From: an uncultured delta proteobacterium
Lineage (GTDB): Bacteria; Myxococcota_A; UBA9160; UBA4427
Assembly: GCA_963822965.1 (NCBI GenBank)
Contig: CAWGJT010000010.1
Span: 896,001 to 960,000, forward strand
Length of the DNA: 64,000 nucleotides
Direction of reading: 5' to 3'
In this document: piece by piece, positions 20,089 to 29,533 of the stretch
How positions within the stretch are numbered: the stretch's first letter is position 1
How the letters are laid out: each line of letters starts with the position of its first letter
Notes under the pieces: generated by a model
Told to the model about the DNA's origin: nothing
The model's input: only the letters and a program-made list of their open reading frames with translations
Databases searched by the model: none
Translations under genes and position numbers: made by a program

Positions 20089-20100
20089 ACTATGATACTA
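20089..20100. promoter_or_regulatory. Putative shared operator/promoter 12-mer ACTATGATACTA (copy 2)
   Basis: Upstream of the GntR gene, divergent from the acyl-CoA dehydrogenase. Confidence 0.5.
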
Positions 20101-20146
20101 GTTAGTCGTGTCGCCAACGGAACCATGTCGAGGAGGTGACGACCGG

Positions 20147-20882
20147 ATGGGCAAGAAGCGCAACCCCGAACGCGCCGCCGTCCGCATCGCCCGCAAGCTC
20201 GTGAGCGAGATTCGGCGCCGGCGCCTTCGCCCCGGGACGCAGCTCGACGCCGAGCACCGGATGGTCGAGGAGCTCGGCGTGGCACGGGCCACGGTGCGTG
20301 AGGCGCTGCGATTCCTCGAGCTGCAAGGGGCGCTTCGCATCAAGGCCGGACCGGGCGGTGGTCCGGTCGTCAGCGTCCCCGGGGCGGACCATCTCGCGAG
20401 CGTGCTCTCGCTCCACCTGCAGTTCACCGACGCGTCGTTTCGATCGGTCGTGGAGGCGCGCCGCTCGATCTACCCCGTGCTGGCGGCCGAGGCCGCGGCA
20501 AACGCGAGCCGCGAGGACATCGCGACCCTGCACGAGAGCATCGCCCGGATGCGCGCCGGGGCGCGCGACCCGGACCTCTTTCGGGAGGAAGCCCGGCGCT
20601 TCATGAACCTGATCGCGGCCGCGTCGGGCAACCGGGTTCTCGCGATCCTCGTCGAGGCGCTTCACCGCATGTCGGGGGAGACGAGCACCGGGTGGGACGA
20701 GAGGCAGCGTCGGTCGGCACTTCGCAGCTACGAGCGGGTCGATCCGGGCCATCGAGAACGGCGAGTCGGAGGAGGCTCGATCGGTCATGGCGCAGTCGTT
20801 GGCGGCGGCGCTGCGGAGCTGGGAGCAGACGGCGCCCGATGAGCTCAAGCAGCCGGTCGCCTGGATCGCTTCCGATCGCTGA
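20147..20882 (+). CDS. GntR/FadR-family regulator (frameshift near 20742)
   Basis: LGVARATVREALRFLE..G..GPGGG; FCD domain; C-terminus continues in another frame to TGA 20880-20882. Confidence 0.85.
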
Positions 20883-20895
20883 TGGGGGCGGTGAG

Positions 20896-22185
20896 ATGAC
20901 CGTATCGACTGAGACGGAAGCTCACGCGAAGCACGACCAAGGAGTGAGCGCGCCGCCGCAGGCGGGAGTCCTCCGCCCAGGCGACGTCGATCTCTCCGAC
21001 CCGGAGACTTTCGTCGGGGGTGTTCCCCACGAGTATTTTCGCGTGCTGCGGGAGCAGGACCCCGTGCACTGGCAGGAGGAATGCGAGCTCCCGGTGTTCA
21101 TGCCCGGCCCGGGATACTTCGCGCTCACGCGCTACGAGGACGTGGCCTTCGTCTCCAAACACCCGGAGATCTTCTCCTCGGCGGCGGGGAGCTCCGCGCT
21201 CAACGAGCTTCGGCCCCGCGAAATGCGCCTGGCCAAGGAGCAGCTGATCCAGATGGACCCGCCGGACCACGCGGAGCTGCGCAATCTGATGAACGCGCAG
21301 TTCAAGCCCCGGGCCGTCCAGGAGACCGAGGCCCACATGCGCATGGTCGTCCGCGAAACCCTCGATCGGATCACATCGCGGTCGGAGTGCGACTTCGTGG
21401 GCGACGTCTCGGCGCCCATCTCGCTGCGCATCCTCACGAACTTCCTCGGTGTCCCCGACACGTACACGGACCGGTTCTTTCGATGGACCAACGAGACCAT
21501 GCGTTTCGGAGAGCCCGGCTCCTTCAACCTGCTCCGTGCGCGATTCGCCTTGCTACAGATCTTCGTCCAGTCCGCGCTCCTGGCTCGAGAACGCAGGAAA
21601 CGGCCGGCCGCCGATGTCTTTTCGACTCTGGTGAATGGCGAATTCCGGGGTGCACCGCTCACCCGCATGATGACGCAGGTGAACTTCTTCCTCCTCATCA
21701 TCGCCGGCAACGAGACCACCCGGAACGCGCTTTCGGGCGGCATCCAGGCGCTGTGCGAAAACCCCGAGCAGCTCCGCCGCCTGCGCCGCGATCCCTCCCT
21801 CCTGCCGCAGGCCATCGAGGAGATCCTTCGATGGGTGTCGCCGGTGATGCAGTTTCGCAGAACGGCGATGCGCGACACGAAGATCGGCGACCGGGAACTC
21901 CGCAAAGGTGACAAGATCGTCATGTACTACGGCGCCGCGAACCGGGATCCCCGCGTTTTCGACGATCCCGAGGTCTTCGACATCACCCGAAAGCCGAACC
22001 CGCACCTCGCCTTCGGCGTCGGCACGCACTTCTGCATGGGAAGCCACATCGCGAGGCTCGAGATGCGCGTGACGCTGGAGGAGTTCCTGGGGAGGTTTTC
22101 GAACCTGAGCCTCGCCGGGCCGCCCGAGAGGCTGCAGTCCAACTTCATCAGCGGCATCAAGCGCCTGCCGGTGAATCTCCAGTGA
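20896..22185 (+). CDS. Cytochrome P450 (CYP125/142-like)
   Basis: IAGNETTRN, EEILRWVSPVMQFRRTA, FGVGTHFCMG. Confidence 0.93.
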   Translation: MTVSTETEAHAKHDQGVSAPPQAGVLRPGDVDLSDPETFVGGVPHEYFRVLREQDPVHWQEECELPVFMPGPGYFALTRYEDVAFVSKHPEIFSSAAGSSALNELRPREMRLAKEQLIQMDPPDHAELRNLMNAQFKPRAVQETEAHMRMVVRETLDRITSRSECDFVGDVSAPISLRILTNFLGVPDTYTDRFFRWTNETMRFGEPGSFNLLRARFALLQIFVQSALLARERRKRPAADVFSTLVNGEFRGAPLTRMMTQVNFFLLIIAGNETTRNALSGGIQALCENPEQLRRLRRDPSLLPQAIEEILRWVSPVMQFRRTAMRDTKIGDRELRKGDKIVMYYGAANRDPRVFDDPEVFDITRKPNPHLAFGVGTHFCMGSHIARLEMRVTLEEFLGRFSNLSLAGPPERLQSNFISGIKRLPVNLQ

Positions 22186-22201
22186 GCGCCGGGGGCATGG
22201 A

Positions 22202-23032
22202 ATGACGGACGACGACATGAAGAATTGCGAGCCCGCGATTCTCTTCGAGAGGCAGAGCGGCGTGGCGACGCTCACCCTCAACCGACCCGCGGCACGCAAC
22301 GCGCTGACGACCGCCCTCTTCTTGGAGCTGGAGCGAATGCTTCTCGAGATCGAAGTGGACGAGGCCGTGCGGGCGGTGGTGCTGACGGGGGCCGGTCGCG
22401 GCTTCTCGGCGGGCGCCGATTTGAAGCCCCTGTCCAAGGAGGAGCGTCGCCGCGCCGAGGCTCCCTCCTTCCCCGGCGACCCCGGCGGCGACATCCTCGA
22501 TCGGGGCAATCGCTGCATCCTTCGCTTGCGGCAGCTTCCGAAGCCCGTCCTCGGCAGCATCAATGGCGACGCCGTGGGCATCGGCTGCAGCCTGGCGCTG
22601 GCCACGGACCTGCGCATCGCCTCGCCGGCTGCCCGCTTCGGGGTGGTCTTCTCCCGCATCGGCCTCGGGCCGGACGGGGGCGCTTCGGCGCTCCTGCGGG
22701 AGCTGGTGGGCCCCGCGAAGGCGCTGGAGCTCCTCTTCCTCGGCGACCTCATCGATGCCGCGGACGCACTACGACTCGGCCTCGTGAATCGGGTGGTGGC
22801 GGAGGATGCACTGGCCGACGCCACCTCCGAGCTCGCGGAGCGGCTCGCTCACGGACCGACCCTGGCCTACGGCTTCGCCAAGGAGGCCGTGTACGAGGGG
22901 GCGAATCTCTCCTTCGAGAGCCTTCTCGACCTCGAGGCGCGCAATCAGAAGGTCGTCGGACGCTCTTACGACGTGCGCGAGGGCATCCGCGCGTTCCGTG
23001 AGAAGCGCGCCCCCAAATTCCGCGGCCGCTAG
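22202..23032 (+). CDS. Enoyl-CoA hydratase/isomerase (PaaG-like)
   Basis: FSAGADL, INGDAVGIGCSLALATD, GLGPDGG. Confidence 0.9.
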   Translation: MTDDDMKNCEPAILFERQSGVATLTLNRPAARNALTTALFLELERMLLEIEVDEAVRAVVLTGAGRGFSAGADLKPLSKEERRRAEAPSFPGDPGGDILDRGNRCILRLRQLPKPVLGSINGDAVGIGCSLALATDLRIASPAARFGVVFSRIGLGPDGGASALLRELVGPAKALELLFLGDLIDAADALRLGLVNRVVAEDALADATSELAERLAHGPTLAYGFAKEAVYEGANLSFESLLDLEARNQKVVGRSYDVREGIRAFREKRAPKFRGR

Positions 23033-23139
23033 AGGGGCCTGAACGTTCGCTCCCGAGCCCGCCAACACGAGCGTTCCACTCGGGGCGGCGACCGGATCCA
23101 AGGCGAGACGGCGCGTGGGGCAATCTCAAGCGGTTTCCG

Positions 23140-23275
23140 AGCTGACGGTGCGACTCGGCGCGCCCGACGTCCCACGAGTCCGGAAAGCACCAGTCCCAAC
23201 GACAGGATCAGCGGTGGTGGGCTCCGGGACCGAGATGACGTCCGTCGATACGATGAAGAAAATCGCACCCCCCGC
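23140..23275 (-). pseudogene. Orphan PEP-CTERM sorting-signal remnant
   Basis: ..DVISVPEPTTA/(frameshift)LILSLGLVLSGLVGRRARR. Confidence 0.5.
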
Positions 23276-23490
23276 GCGTCTCGCACCTCGAGAGGCCCCA
23301 TCCGAGGCTTCGAGAGCCTTCCTCCCTTGCTCCTTTCGCCGAGCCGCCTGGTCCAGGATGGACCGGTCCGGTGGCCGACGCTCGAACGCCGAGACGAACC
23401 GGCTCCTCGTCTCCCTGCATCCGGCCACGCAGCGGAGTTGCCCGAAGCGGAGAGCGCCCGGGGCCCGGCGAGGCGCGCAGACCCGCCCAG

Positions 23491-24192
23491 CTACAGCTTG
23501 GTGCTCGCGCCGAAGCTGCCCCTCATGTGCTCGCTCCACGCGCTCAGCAGCGGCGCCGCGTCGGGCAGTCCGAGCGAGCGCAGCTCGTCGGCGATCGGGT
23601 GGTCGCCGAGCTCGAGCACCACGCCGGCGCCGCCGGGCACGGTCTGCTCGCCGCGCCCACCGCGCGTGAAGACGTTCGTGTGCGGGATGCCCTGGATCAG
23701 CGTGTACCCCACGGCCTGCGCGTCGGGCGTCTCGCGGTCGCCGCCCCGCGGCACCGTAAGCGTGAGCACGTGTCGGCCGCCCATCGTGAGCCTGCACGTG
23801 GCGCTGTCGTCCGCGTACGCGAAGTCGATCTCCTCGACGCTCTTCGGGAAGCCCCAGATCCGGCAGCCCGCCTCGCACGTGAAGCTCTGGTCGACGGGCA
23901 GCTTGTAGATATAGGAGCCCACCTCGGCCTCGGGCCGGCCCGCGGGCTTCACGAAGAAGATGATGCCGACCTCGTGGTAGTCGCCGAGGTCATTGTCGCG
24001 GTAGTCGACGATGACCAGGGTGAGCTGGGTCTGCCCCGGCGCCGCCTCGACGGCCTCGAAGGCGGGCGGGATCAGCTTCTGCGCCGCCGCCCGATCGACC
24101 ATGTACATCACGCTGCCCGACGACGCGTCGCGGACCACCGCCGGTAGCTCGACGACGCGCCCCTGGATCTCGTACCGCTCGCTTCCTGCCAT
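23491..24192 (-). CDS. Acetoacetate decarboxylase family protein
   Basis: DYRDNDLGDYHE, LPVDQ...AG..IWGFPK. Confidence 0.85.
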   Translation of the reverse strand: MAGSERYEIQGRVVELPAVVRDASSGSVMYMVDRAAAQKLIPPAFEAVEAAPGQTQLTLVIVDYRDNDLGDYHEVGIIFFVKPAGRPEAEVGSYIYKLPVDQSFTCEAGCRIWGFPKSVEEIDFAYADDSATCRLTMGGRHVLTLTVPRGGDRETPDAQAVGYTLIQGIPHTNVFTRGGRGEQTVPGGAGVVLELGDHPIADELRSLGLPDAAPLLSAWSEHMRGSFGASTKL

Positions 24193-24250
24193 GGCCTGGC
24201 CTCCTTGTGGTTTGCCTGGGTCCCACTCGCATCCCGAGTCCGCACCTCGG

Positions 24251-25438
24251 TCAAGCGACGATTCCGGTCTCCCTGAGCTCCGCGATGCGACTCGCGAGAC
24301 CGAGCTCCGCGAGGATCGCGTCGGTGTCCTGGCCCAGGCCGGGTGCCGGCGCGCCGCTTCTCGCGGGCGTCTTCGCAAAACGAGCGGCTGGCCGCGGCTG
24401 CCGCATCCGGCCAGCCAGGGGGTGCTCCAGGTCCTCGAGCAGGCCGAGCGCGCGGACGTGGCGATCGTCGTGCAGCTGCGCCGGGGACAGCACCGCGCCG
24501 CAGGGTGCGTTCTCCGCCTCCATGGCCGCGATGGCCTCCGCCGTCGTCATGTTGCCGACGGCCGCCACCACGCGCCGCAGCAGCTCGGTGAACGCAGCCG
24601 GATTGGTACGGCGAGCGACGATCGTCGCCACCTCCGGTGCGTCATAGCCGTCGACTCCCACCGCCCTACAGATGCCCGCAACGTCCGCGTCGGAAACGGG
24701 CGCCGCAATCACGTGGCCATCCTTCGTCGGCCAGAGCTTCTGGTCGCGGGAGAAGCTCGAAGGCGTCGAGCCATCGGATTCGAGCAGGACCTCGTTACCC
24801 GCCGCGTCTGCCCACACGAAATTCACGACGGCCTCCAGCATCGATATGTGGAGATGCTGCCCACCCGCTCCCCGCTCCCTCGCAAACAGCGCCGCCGAGA
24901 TCGCCTGTGCAGCGTTGAGCGCCGTGACCTTGTCCGCTGCCGTGTGCCGGATGAGCTGGGGCTCCCGATCGACCCCCCCGGCCTGCGCAAAGGCCAGGCC
25001 TCCGTACGCCTGCACGACCGGATCGTAGGCGCTCTTCCGCGCATAGGGGCCCTCGGGGCCGAATCCGCTGATCGAGCAGTAGACCAGCTCCGGGTTCGCG
25101 CCGCCGAGCACGTCGTACGACAGGCCGAGCTTCTCGATCACACCCGGTCGGAAGTTCTGGACGAAGACGTCGGCGTCCGCCACGAGCCGCTTGACGATCT
25201 CCTTGCCCTCGTCGCTGCGCAGGTTCACGGCGATCGAACGCTTGCCGCGATTCACCATCGCGGCCATCGCCGAGATGCCTCCGACGCGCACGCCCACCCA
25301 GCGCCCGATGTCGCCGAGGCCCGGCGGCTCCACCTTGATCACCGAGGCCCCCTGGTCCGCCAGCATCGTGACGGCCCACGGACCCGCCAGCGCGATCGAG
25401 AGATCGACGATCTTCACTCCATCCATCGGGCCGGGCAT
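24251..25438 (-). CDS. CaiB/BaiF family III CoA-transferase
   Basis: AGPW...LADQGA.VIKVE, NRGKRS, QNFRPG, SISGFG. Confidence 0.93.
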   Translation of the reverse strand: MPGPMDGVKIVDLSIALAGPWAVTMLADQGASVIKVEPPGLGDIGRWVGVRVGGISAMAAMVNRGKRSIAVNLRSDEGKEIVKRLVADADVFVQNFRPGVIEKLGLSYDVLGGANPELVYCSISGFGPEGPYARKSAYDPVVQAYGGLAFAQAGGVDREPQLIRHTAADKVTALNAAQAISAALFARERGAGGQHLHISMLEAVVNFVWADAAGNEVLLESDGSTPSSFSRDQKLWPTKDGHVIAAPVSDADVAGICRAVGVDGYDAPEVATIVARRTNPAAFTELLRRVVAAVGNMTTAEAIAAMEAENAPCGAVLSPAQLHDDRHVRALGLLEDLEHPLAGRMRQPRPAARFAKTPARSGAPAPGLGQDTDAILAELGLASRIAELRETGIVA

Positions 25439-25478
25439 GGTCTCGAGCTCCTCATCTCGCCCACCGAGAGCGGGCGGA

Positions 25479-26123
25479 TCACTCCTCGTCGCGGGCTCCC
25501 GCCATGGCCAGGCCCGCAGCCGCTTCGATCACGCGAACCTGGCGTGCAACGCTCTCGGGTGAGAGCATGTCGCGATCGAAGAGCCGGGAGAGCAGGGGCG
25601 CGAGGGCGACATGACTGAACGAGAGGTGCACGAAGAGAGCCGCGATGAAGGGCTCCATGTCCGGCGCGACTTGCCCTCCGGCCTGGATCTCATCGCACAC
25701 CCGGTCGAAGAGAGGCTCGAACAGGGCCTCCGTCAACCCCTCGGCCAGCGGACCGTTGGCCACGATCTCGCGATACACCAGCCGGGTCGTGCCCTCGTGA
25801 TTCGCCAGGCGCGAGAGGACGTCGTGGATCGTGGCCGCCGCCGCTCCGGGCTTGTCGCGCTCGTCCGCGAAGCGGTCCATCAGCTCGATCAGGGGCTCGA
25901 TCGCGCGTTGCAGGACGGCCGCGTAGAGCGCCTCCTTGCTCGCGAAGTAGCTGTAGGTGGTGGCGACGTTGGTCCCGGAGAGCGCGGCGATCTCGCGGGT
26001 CGTCGCGGCGTCGAATCCGTGCTCCGAGAACACGGCCTCGGCCGCGTCGAGGATCCGGTCGCGCGTGGCGACGGCCCTCGGTGTGAGCCACGAGTGTTCC
26101 TGCGACCGAAGCCCGGGCCCCAT
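25479..26123 (-). CDS. TetR/AcrR-family regulator
   Basis: RILDAAE.VFSE.GF.A.TTREIA....YSYF.SKE.LY. Confidence 0.9.
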   Translation of the reverse strand: MGPGLRSQEHSWLTPRAVATRDRILDAAEAVFSEHGFDAATTREIAALSGTNVATTYSYFASKEALYAAVLQRAIEPLIELMDRFADERDKPGAAAATIHDVLSRLANHEGTTRLVYREIVANGPLAEGLTEALFEPLFDRVCDEIQAGGQVAPDMEPFIAALFVHLSFSHVALAPLLSRLFDRDMLSPESVARQVRVIEAAAGLAMAGARDEE

Positions 26124-26124
26124 C

Positions 26125-26943
26125 TCAGTCCTTGAACTCGGGCGGACGCTTCTCCTTGCGAGCGCGAACCGCCTCCTCGAAGTTCTTCGTCGTCATGCGC
26201 ACGAAGAGCTGGGTGTGGCTCTCCAGCTCGATCGCGGCGCGGAGACTCGACGTCTCGAGCCCCGCCCACATCATCCGCTTGGTGAGCGCGACGCCCTGCG
26301 CGCTCCAGCCGTTGATCTGCTTGGCGAGCGCGAGCGCCTCGGACATGAGCTCGTCGTCCGGAACGACCTTCGAGACGAGCCCGATCTCGGCCGCCTCCCT
26401 GGCGCCGACGTCGCGCCCCGAGAGCATGATCTCGAACGCCCGCGAGGAGCCGATGGCCCGTGGCAACAGGAAGCTCAGCCCGAGCTCCGTGGCGGTGAGC
26501 CCGTTGTTGATCCCGGCTGCCCGAAAGTAGGCCGATTCACTCGCGATACGGACGTCCGCGCCGAGCGTCAGACAGAGCCCGCCCCCGATCGCCGCTCCGT
26601 TGATCGCGCAGATGACCGGTTGCGGCATGCGCTGCATGGCCGGCACGAGATCGGCGAGGATCGTCATCGCGCGCGTCGCGATGCGCGTGAGCGTGAGTCC
26701 GGCGATGTTCGGCGGCGGTTCCGAGTGCTGGGTGTCCGCACCGGAGCAGAAGCCGCGTCCCGTGCCCGTGAGGATGACGCAGGTCGTCTCGTTGTCGGCT
26801 GCAACCTGCTCGAAGGCTTCGTGCAGCGGAACCATCAGCTCGAAAGCCATCGAGTTCATCCGCTCGGGACGGTCGAGGACGATCACGCTGGTGCCGGGAT
26901 CGGGCTTCTCGATCCGGACGAGAGATGTCGGGGATTCACTCAC
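26125..26943 (-). CDS. Enoyl-CoA hydratase
   Basis: FCSGAD, AINGAAIGGGLCL, NGLTATELG. Confidence 0.9.
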   Translation of the reverse strand: MSESPTSLVRIEKPDPGTSVIVLDRPERMNSMAFELMVPLHEAFEQVAADNETTCVILTGTGRGFCSGADTQHSEPPPNIAGLTLTRIATRAMTILADLVPAMQRMPQPVICAINGAAIGGGLCLTLGADVRIASESAYFRAAGINNGLTATELGLSFLLPRAIGSSRAFEIMLSGRDVGAREAAEIGLVSKVVPDDELMSEALALAKQINGWSAQGVALTKRMMWAGLETSSLRAAIELESHTQLFVRMTTKNFEEAVRARKEKRPPEFKD

Positions 26944-26963
26944 GTTCACAGCTCCTGGCGGCG

Positions 26964-28172
26964 TTACGCGGGGCGTAGGTCGACCCGCATCTCCTTGATG
27001 CCGTTGATGAGATTCGAGCGCAGCCGCCGCGCAGGGGCCAGCGGGACGATCTCCGCCGTGCGAGCGAGCAGCTCCTCCCACATCACGCGGAGCTCGAGCC
27101 GCGCGAGGCTCGCGCCGAGGCAGAAGTGCTCGCCGTAGCCGAAGCTCAAATGCTGGTTCGGCTCGCGGCGGATGTCGAAGCGGTTCGGATCCTCGAACAC
27201 CGACTCGTCGCGGTTCGCGGACGGATACCACATGAGGACCTTGTCGCCCTCTCGGATCTTCTTGCCGCGCATCTCCACGTCGCACATCGCCGTGCGCCGG
27301 AAGTGATGGATCGGCGGCCAGTAGCGCAGCATCTCCTCCACGGCACTCGGGATCAGCGAAGGGTCGCGACGCAGGGCTGCGAGCTGGTCGGGATGCTCGA
27401 GCAGGGTCACCAGGCCTCCGCTCATCGCGGTTCGGGTGGTCTCGTTGCCGGCGATGATCAGGAACATGAAGAAGGTGTTGAATTCCATGTCCGTGAGCTT
27501 GCGACCCTCGAGCTCGGCGGTGAGCAGGCGCTGGGTGAGGTTGTCGCCCGGGGTCTCGCGTTCGCGCGCCGCGAGCTCCTGCGCGGTCATGAACACCTCG
27601 ACCCGCGCGTTCGACCGGAAGTCGTCGGTCGGGGCCACTTCGGGATCCTGATCGTCGATCAGGGCGCTGCTCAGCTCGGCCAGCCGTTCGCGCTTCTCCT
27701 CGGGAACGCCCATCATCTCGCTGATGGTGTGCATCGGAACCAGCGCCGCATAGTCGGCGACGAAGTCGATCTCGCGCTTCTCCAGTGCCCGGTCGAGCGC
27801 CGCTCGGGCCAGGGAGCGGATCGGCGCCTCGAGCGCGGAGATCGCCCGCGGCGTGAAGATGGTGCTGACGAGGCCCCGCGTCATGCGGTGCTCCGGAGGA
27901 TCCTGCGCGATCACGACCATGCGATACCCCTCGAGCATGCCCGGATCCGACACGTCGAGCCGCGTGACGCCGGCCGCGTGGCTCGAGAAGCGCGCCGGGT
28001 CCTTGGAGACGTTGCGGATGTCCTCGTGGAACGTCAGCGCCCAGAATCCCTCACCGTCCGGCTCCGGGTGCCAGTGCACGGGATCGCTCCTGCGCAGCCG
28101 CTCGAAGACCTCGTAGGGAACGCCGCGTTCCCAGATGGATTGGTCGATCAGATCCACGCTGGAATCAGCCAC
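26964..28172 (-). CDS. Cytochrome P450 (CYP125/124/142-like)
   Basis: IAGNETTRT, EEMLR, FGYGEHFCLG. Confidence 0.93.
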   Translation of the reverse strand: MADSSVDLIDQSIWERGVPYEVFERLRRSDPVHWHPEPDGEGFWALTFHEDIRNVSKDPARFSSHAAGVTRLDVSDPGMLEGYRMVVIAQDPPEHRMTRGLVSTIFTPRAISALEAPIRSLARAALDRALEKREIDFVADYAALVPMHTISEMMGVPEEKRERLAELSSALIDDQDPEVAPTDDFRSNARVEVFMTAQELAARERETPGDNLTQRLLTAELEGRKLTDMEFNTFFMFLIIAGNETTRTAMSGGLVTLLEHPDQLAALRRDPSLIPSAVEEMLRYWPPIHHFRRTAMCDVEMRGKKIREGDKVLMWYPSANRDESVFEDPNRFDIRREPNQHLSFGYGEHFCLGASLARLELRVMWEELLARTAEIVPLAPARRLRSNLINGIKEMRVDLRPA

Positions 28173-28272
28173 TGGGTCTCGCCTCTCTCCAGAATCCGGA
28201 ACGCTCTCGTCGCCCGCGTTGCCCCAGCCGCCACGTCGGCGACGCCTGACTCTACGGGTGCGTCCGGACTTG

Positions 28273-28286
28273 ATCAAGCGCTTGTT
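28273..28286. promoter_or_regulatory. Palindromic TetR-type operator ATCAAGCGCTTGTT
   Basis: Fits AnCAAGnnCTTGnT; ~100 nt upstream of the P450-ECH-TetR operon. Confidence 0.55.
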
Positions 28287-28489
28287 TATCTCTCGAAGCC
28301 GCACTCTCCCACCCGCGGCCGCTTCCCGGGGGGACCCCTCTCGCCCCGACCCGGCGAGACCGGGCCAGAGCCGCAGGGCCGTTTCGCCCAGGCAGGACGC
28401 ACGAACCTCGTCCAGCAGGCCCGCGAAGGCCTCGGCTCCGGGCGCCCGACGAGCTTCTCGACGAATGGGGCGGCCGAGCCCTCGACCGC

Positions 28490-29533
28490 TCAGGCGAAGC
28501 CGAGCGTCGCCATGTCGACGACGTTGCGCAGTGGCTCGCCGGCCGTGTAGCGCCGGAGGTTGTCCTCGAAGAGGTCGAAGACGTCGTCGATGTACCGGTC
28601 GACGGAGACCGACGAGTGTGCCGAGACCCAGAGGTTGGGTGTGTCCCAGATGGGGCTGTCGGCGGGGAGGGGCTCGGTCTCGAAGACGTCGAGCGCGGCG
28701 GCGGTGAGATGGCCGGAGCCGAGCGCTTTGATCAGGGCCGCTTCGTCGACCAGCGATCCCCGTGCGACGTTCACCAGCACGGCCCCCTTCTTCGTCGCTG
28801 CGAGCGCTTCACCGTCGATCAGGTGACGGGTCTCGGGCGTGGCGGGGGCGGTCACGACCACGCCGTCGCAGAGCGCGAGCATGTCGTGGAGCCGATCCGG
28901 GCCGAAGAGCTCATCGACCTCCTCGCGGGCATCGCTCGAGACGCTCCGCTTCGTCGCGACGACGCAAACGCCCATCGCGCGTGCGCGACGCGCCACGGCC
29001 GTACCGATGTGGCCCAGGCCGACGATCCCGATCACCGAGCCGGCGAAGCTGCGCCCGTACGTGCGGACGTACTCGTGCCTGCGTTGAAGCGCCTCGGCCT
29101 CCGGGAACCGCTTCCAGATCTGGAGGAGCCTCCCGATCACGAACTCGGCCATGGAGCCCGCGCTCACGCCCGATGCGTTCGTGACGACGACGCGATCGCG
29201 GGTCACGCCGGCCGCCGCGAACTGGTCGACCCCCGCGCCGACGCCCTGCAGCCAGCGCAGGCGAGGCGCGAGGCTCATCAGGTCGTTCGGCGTGTGCAGC
29301 TGGATCAGCACCTCGGCGCGTGCAAGCGCGCTGCGGCGCTCTTCGGCGCATCCGACGGCCCACCGCGGCGGCTCTTCGTGGGGCTGGTCGGGCGGCACCG
29401 TCACCCAGTCGGTCTTCGGATCGACGGGAAGCCCCACCACCTCGATGCGGGGATCGATGGCGCGCACGCGCTCGACGTAGCGGTCCTCGAGCAGGGTCGG
29501 GTAGCCGAGGCACACCACGATCGCTTCGCTCAC
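28490..29533 (-). CDS. D-2-hydroxyacid dehydrogenase
   Basis: GIVGLGHIG, LVNVARG, LDVFETEPL. Confidence 0.9.
   Translation of the reverse strand: MSEAIVVCLGYPTLLEDRYVERVRAIDPRIEVVGLPVDPKTDWVTVPPDQPHEEPPRWAVGCAEERRSALARAEVLIQLHTPNDLMSLAPRLRWLQGVGAGVDQFAAAGVTRDRVVVTNASGVSAGSMAEFVIGRLLQIWKRFPEAEALQRRHEYVRTYGRSFAGSVIGIVGLGHIGTAVARRARAMGVCVVATKRSVSSDAREEVDELFGPDRLHDMLALCDGVVVTAPATPETRHLIDGEALAATKKGAVLVNVARGSLVDEAALIKALGSGHLTAAALDVFETEPLPADSPIWDTPNLWVSAHSSVSVDRYIDDVFDLFEDNLRRYTAGEPLRNVVDMATLGFA

Noticed and set aside
17885..20882. Split acyl-CoA dehydrogenase and GntR ORFs as separate genes
   Set aside because: The pieces join into normal full-length proteins after 1-bp corrections
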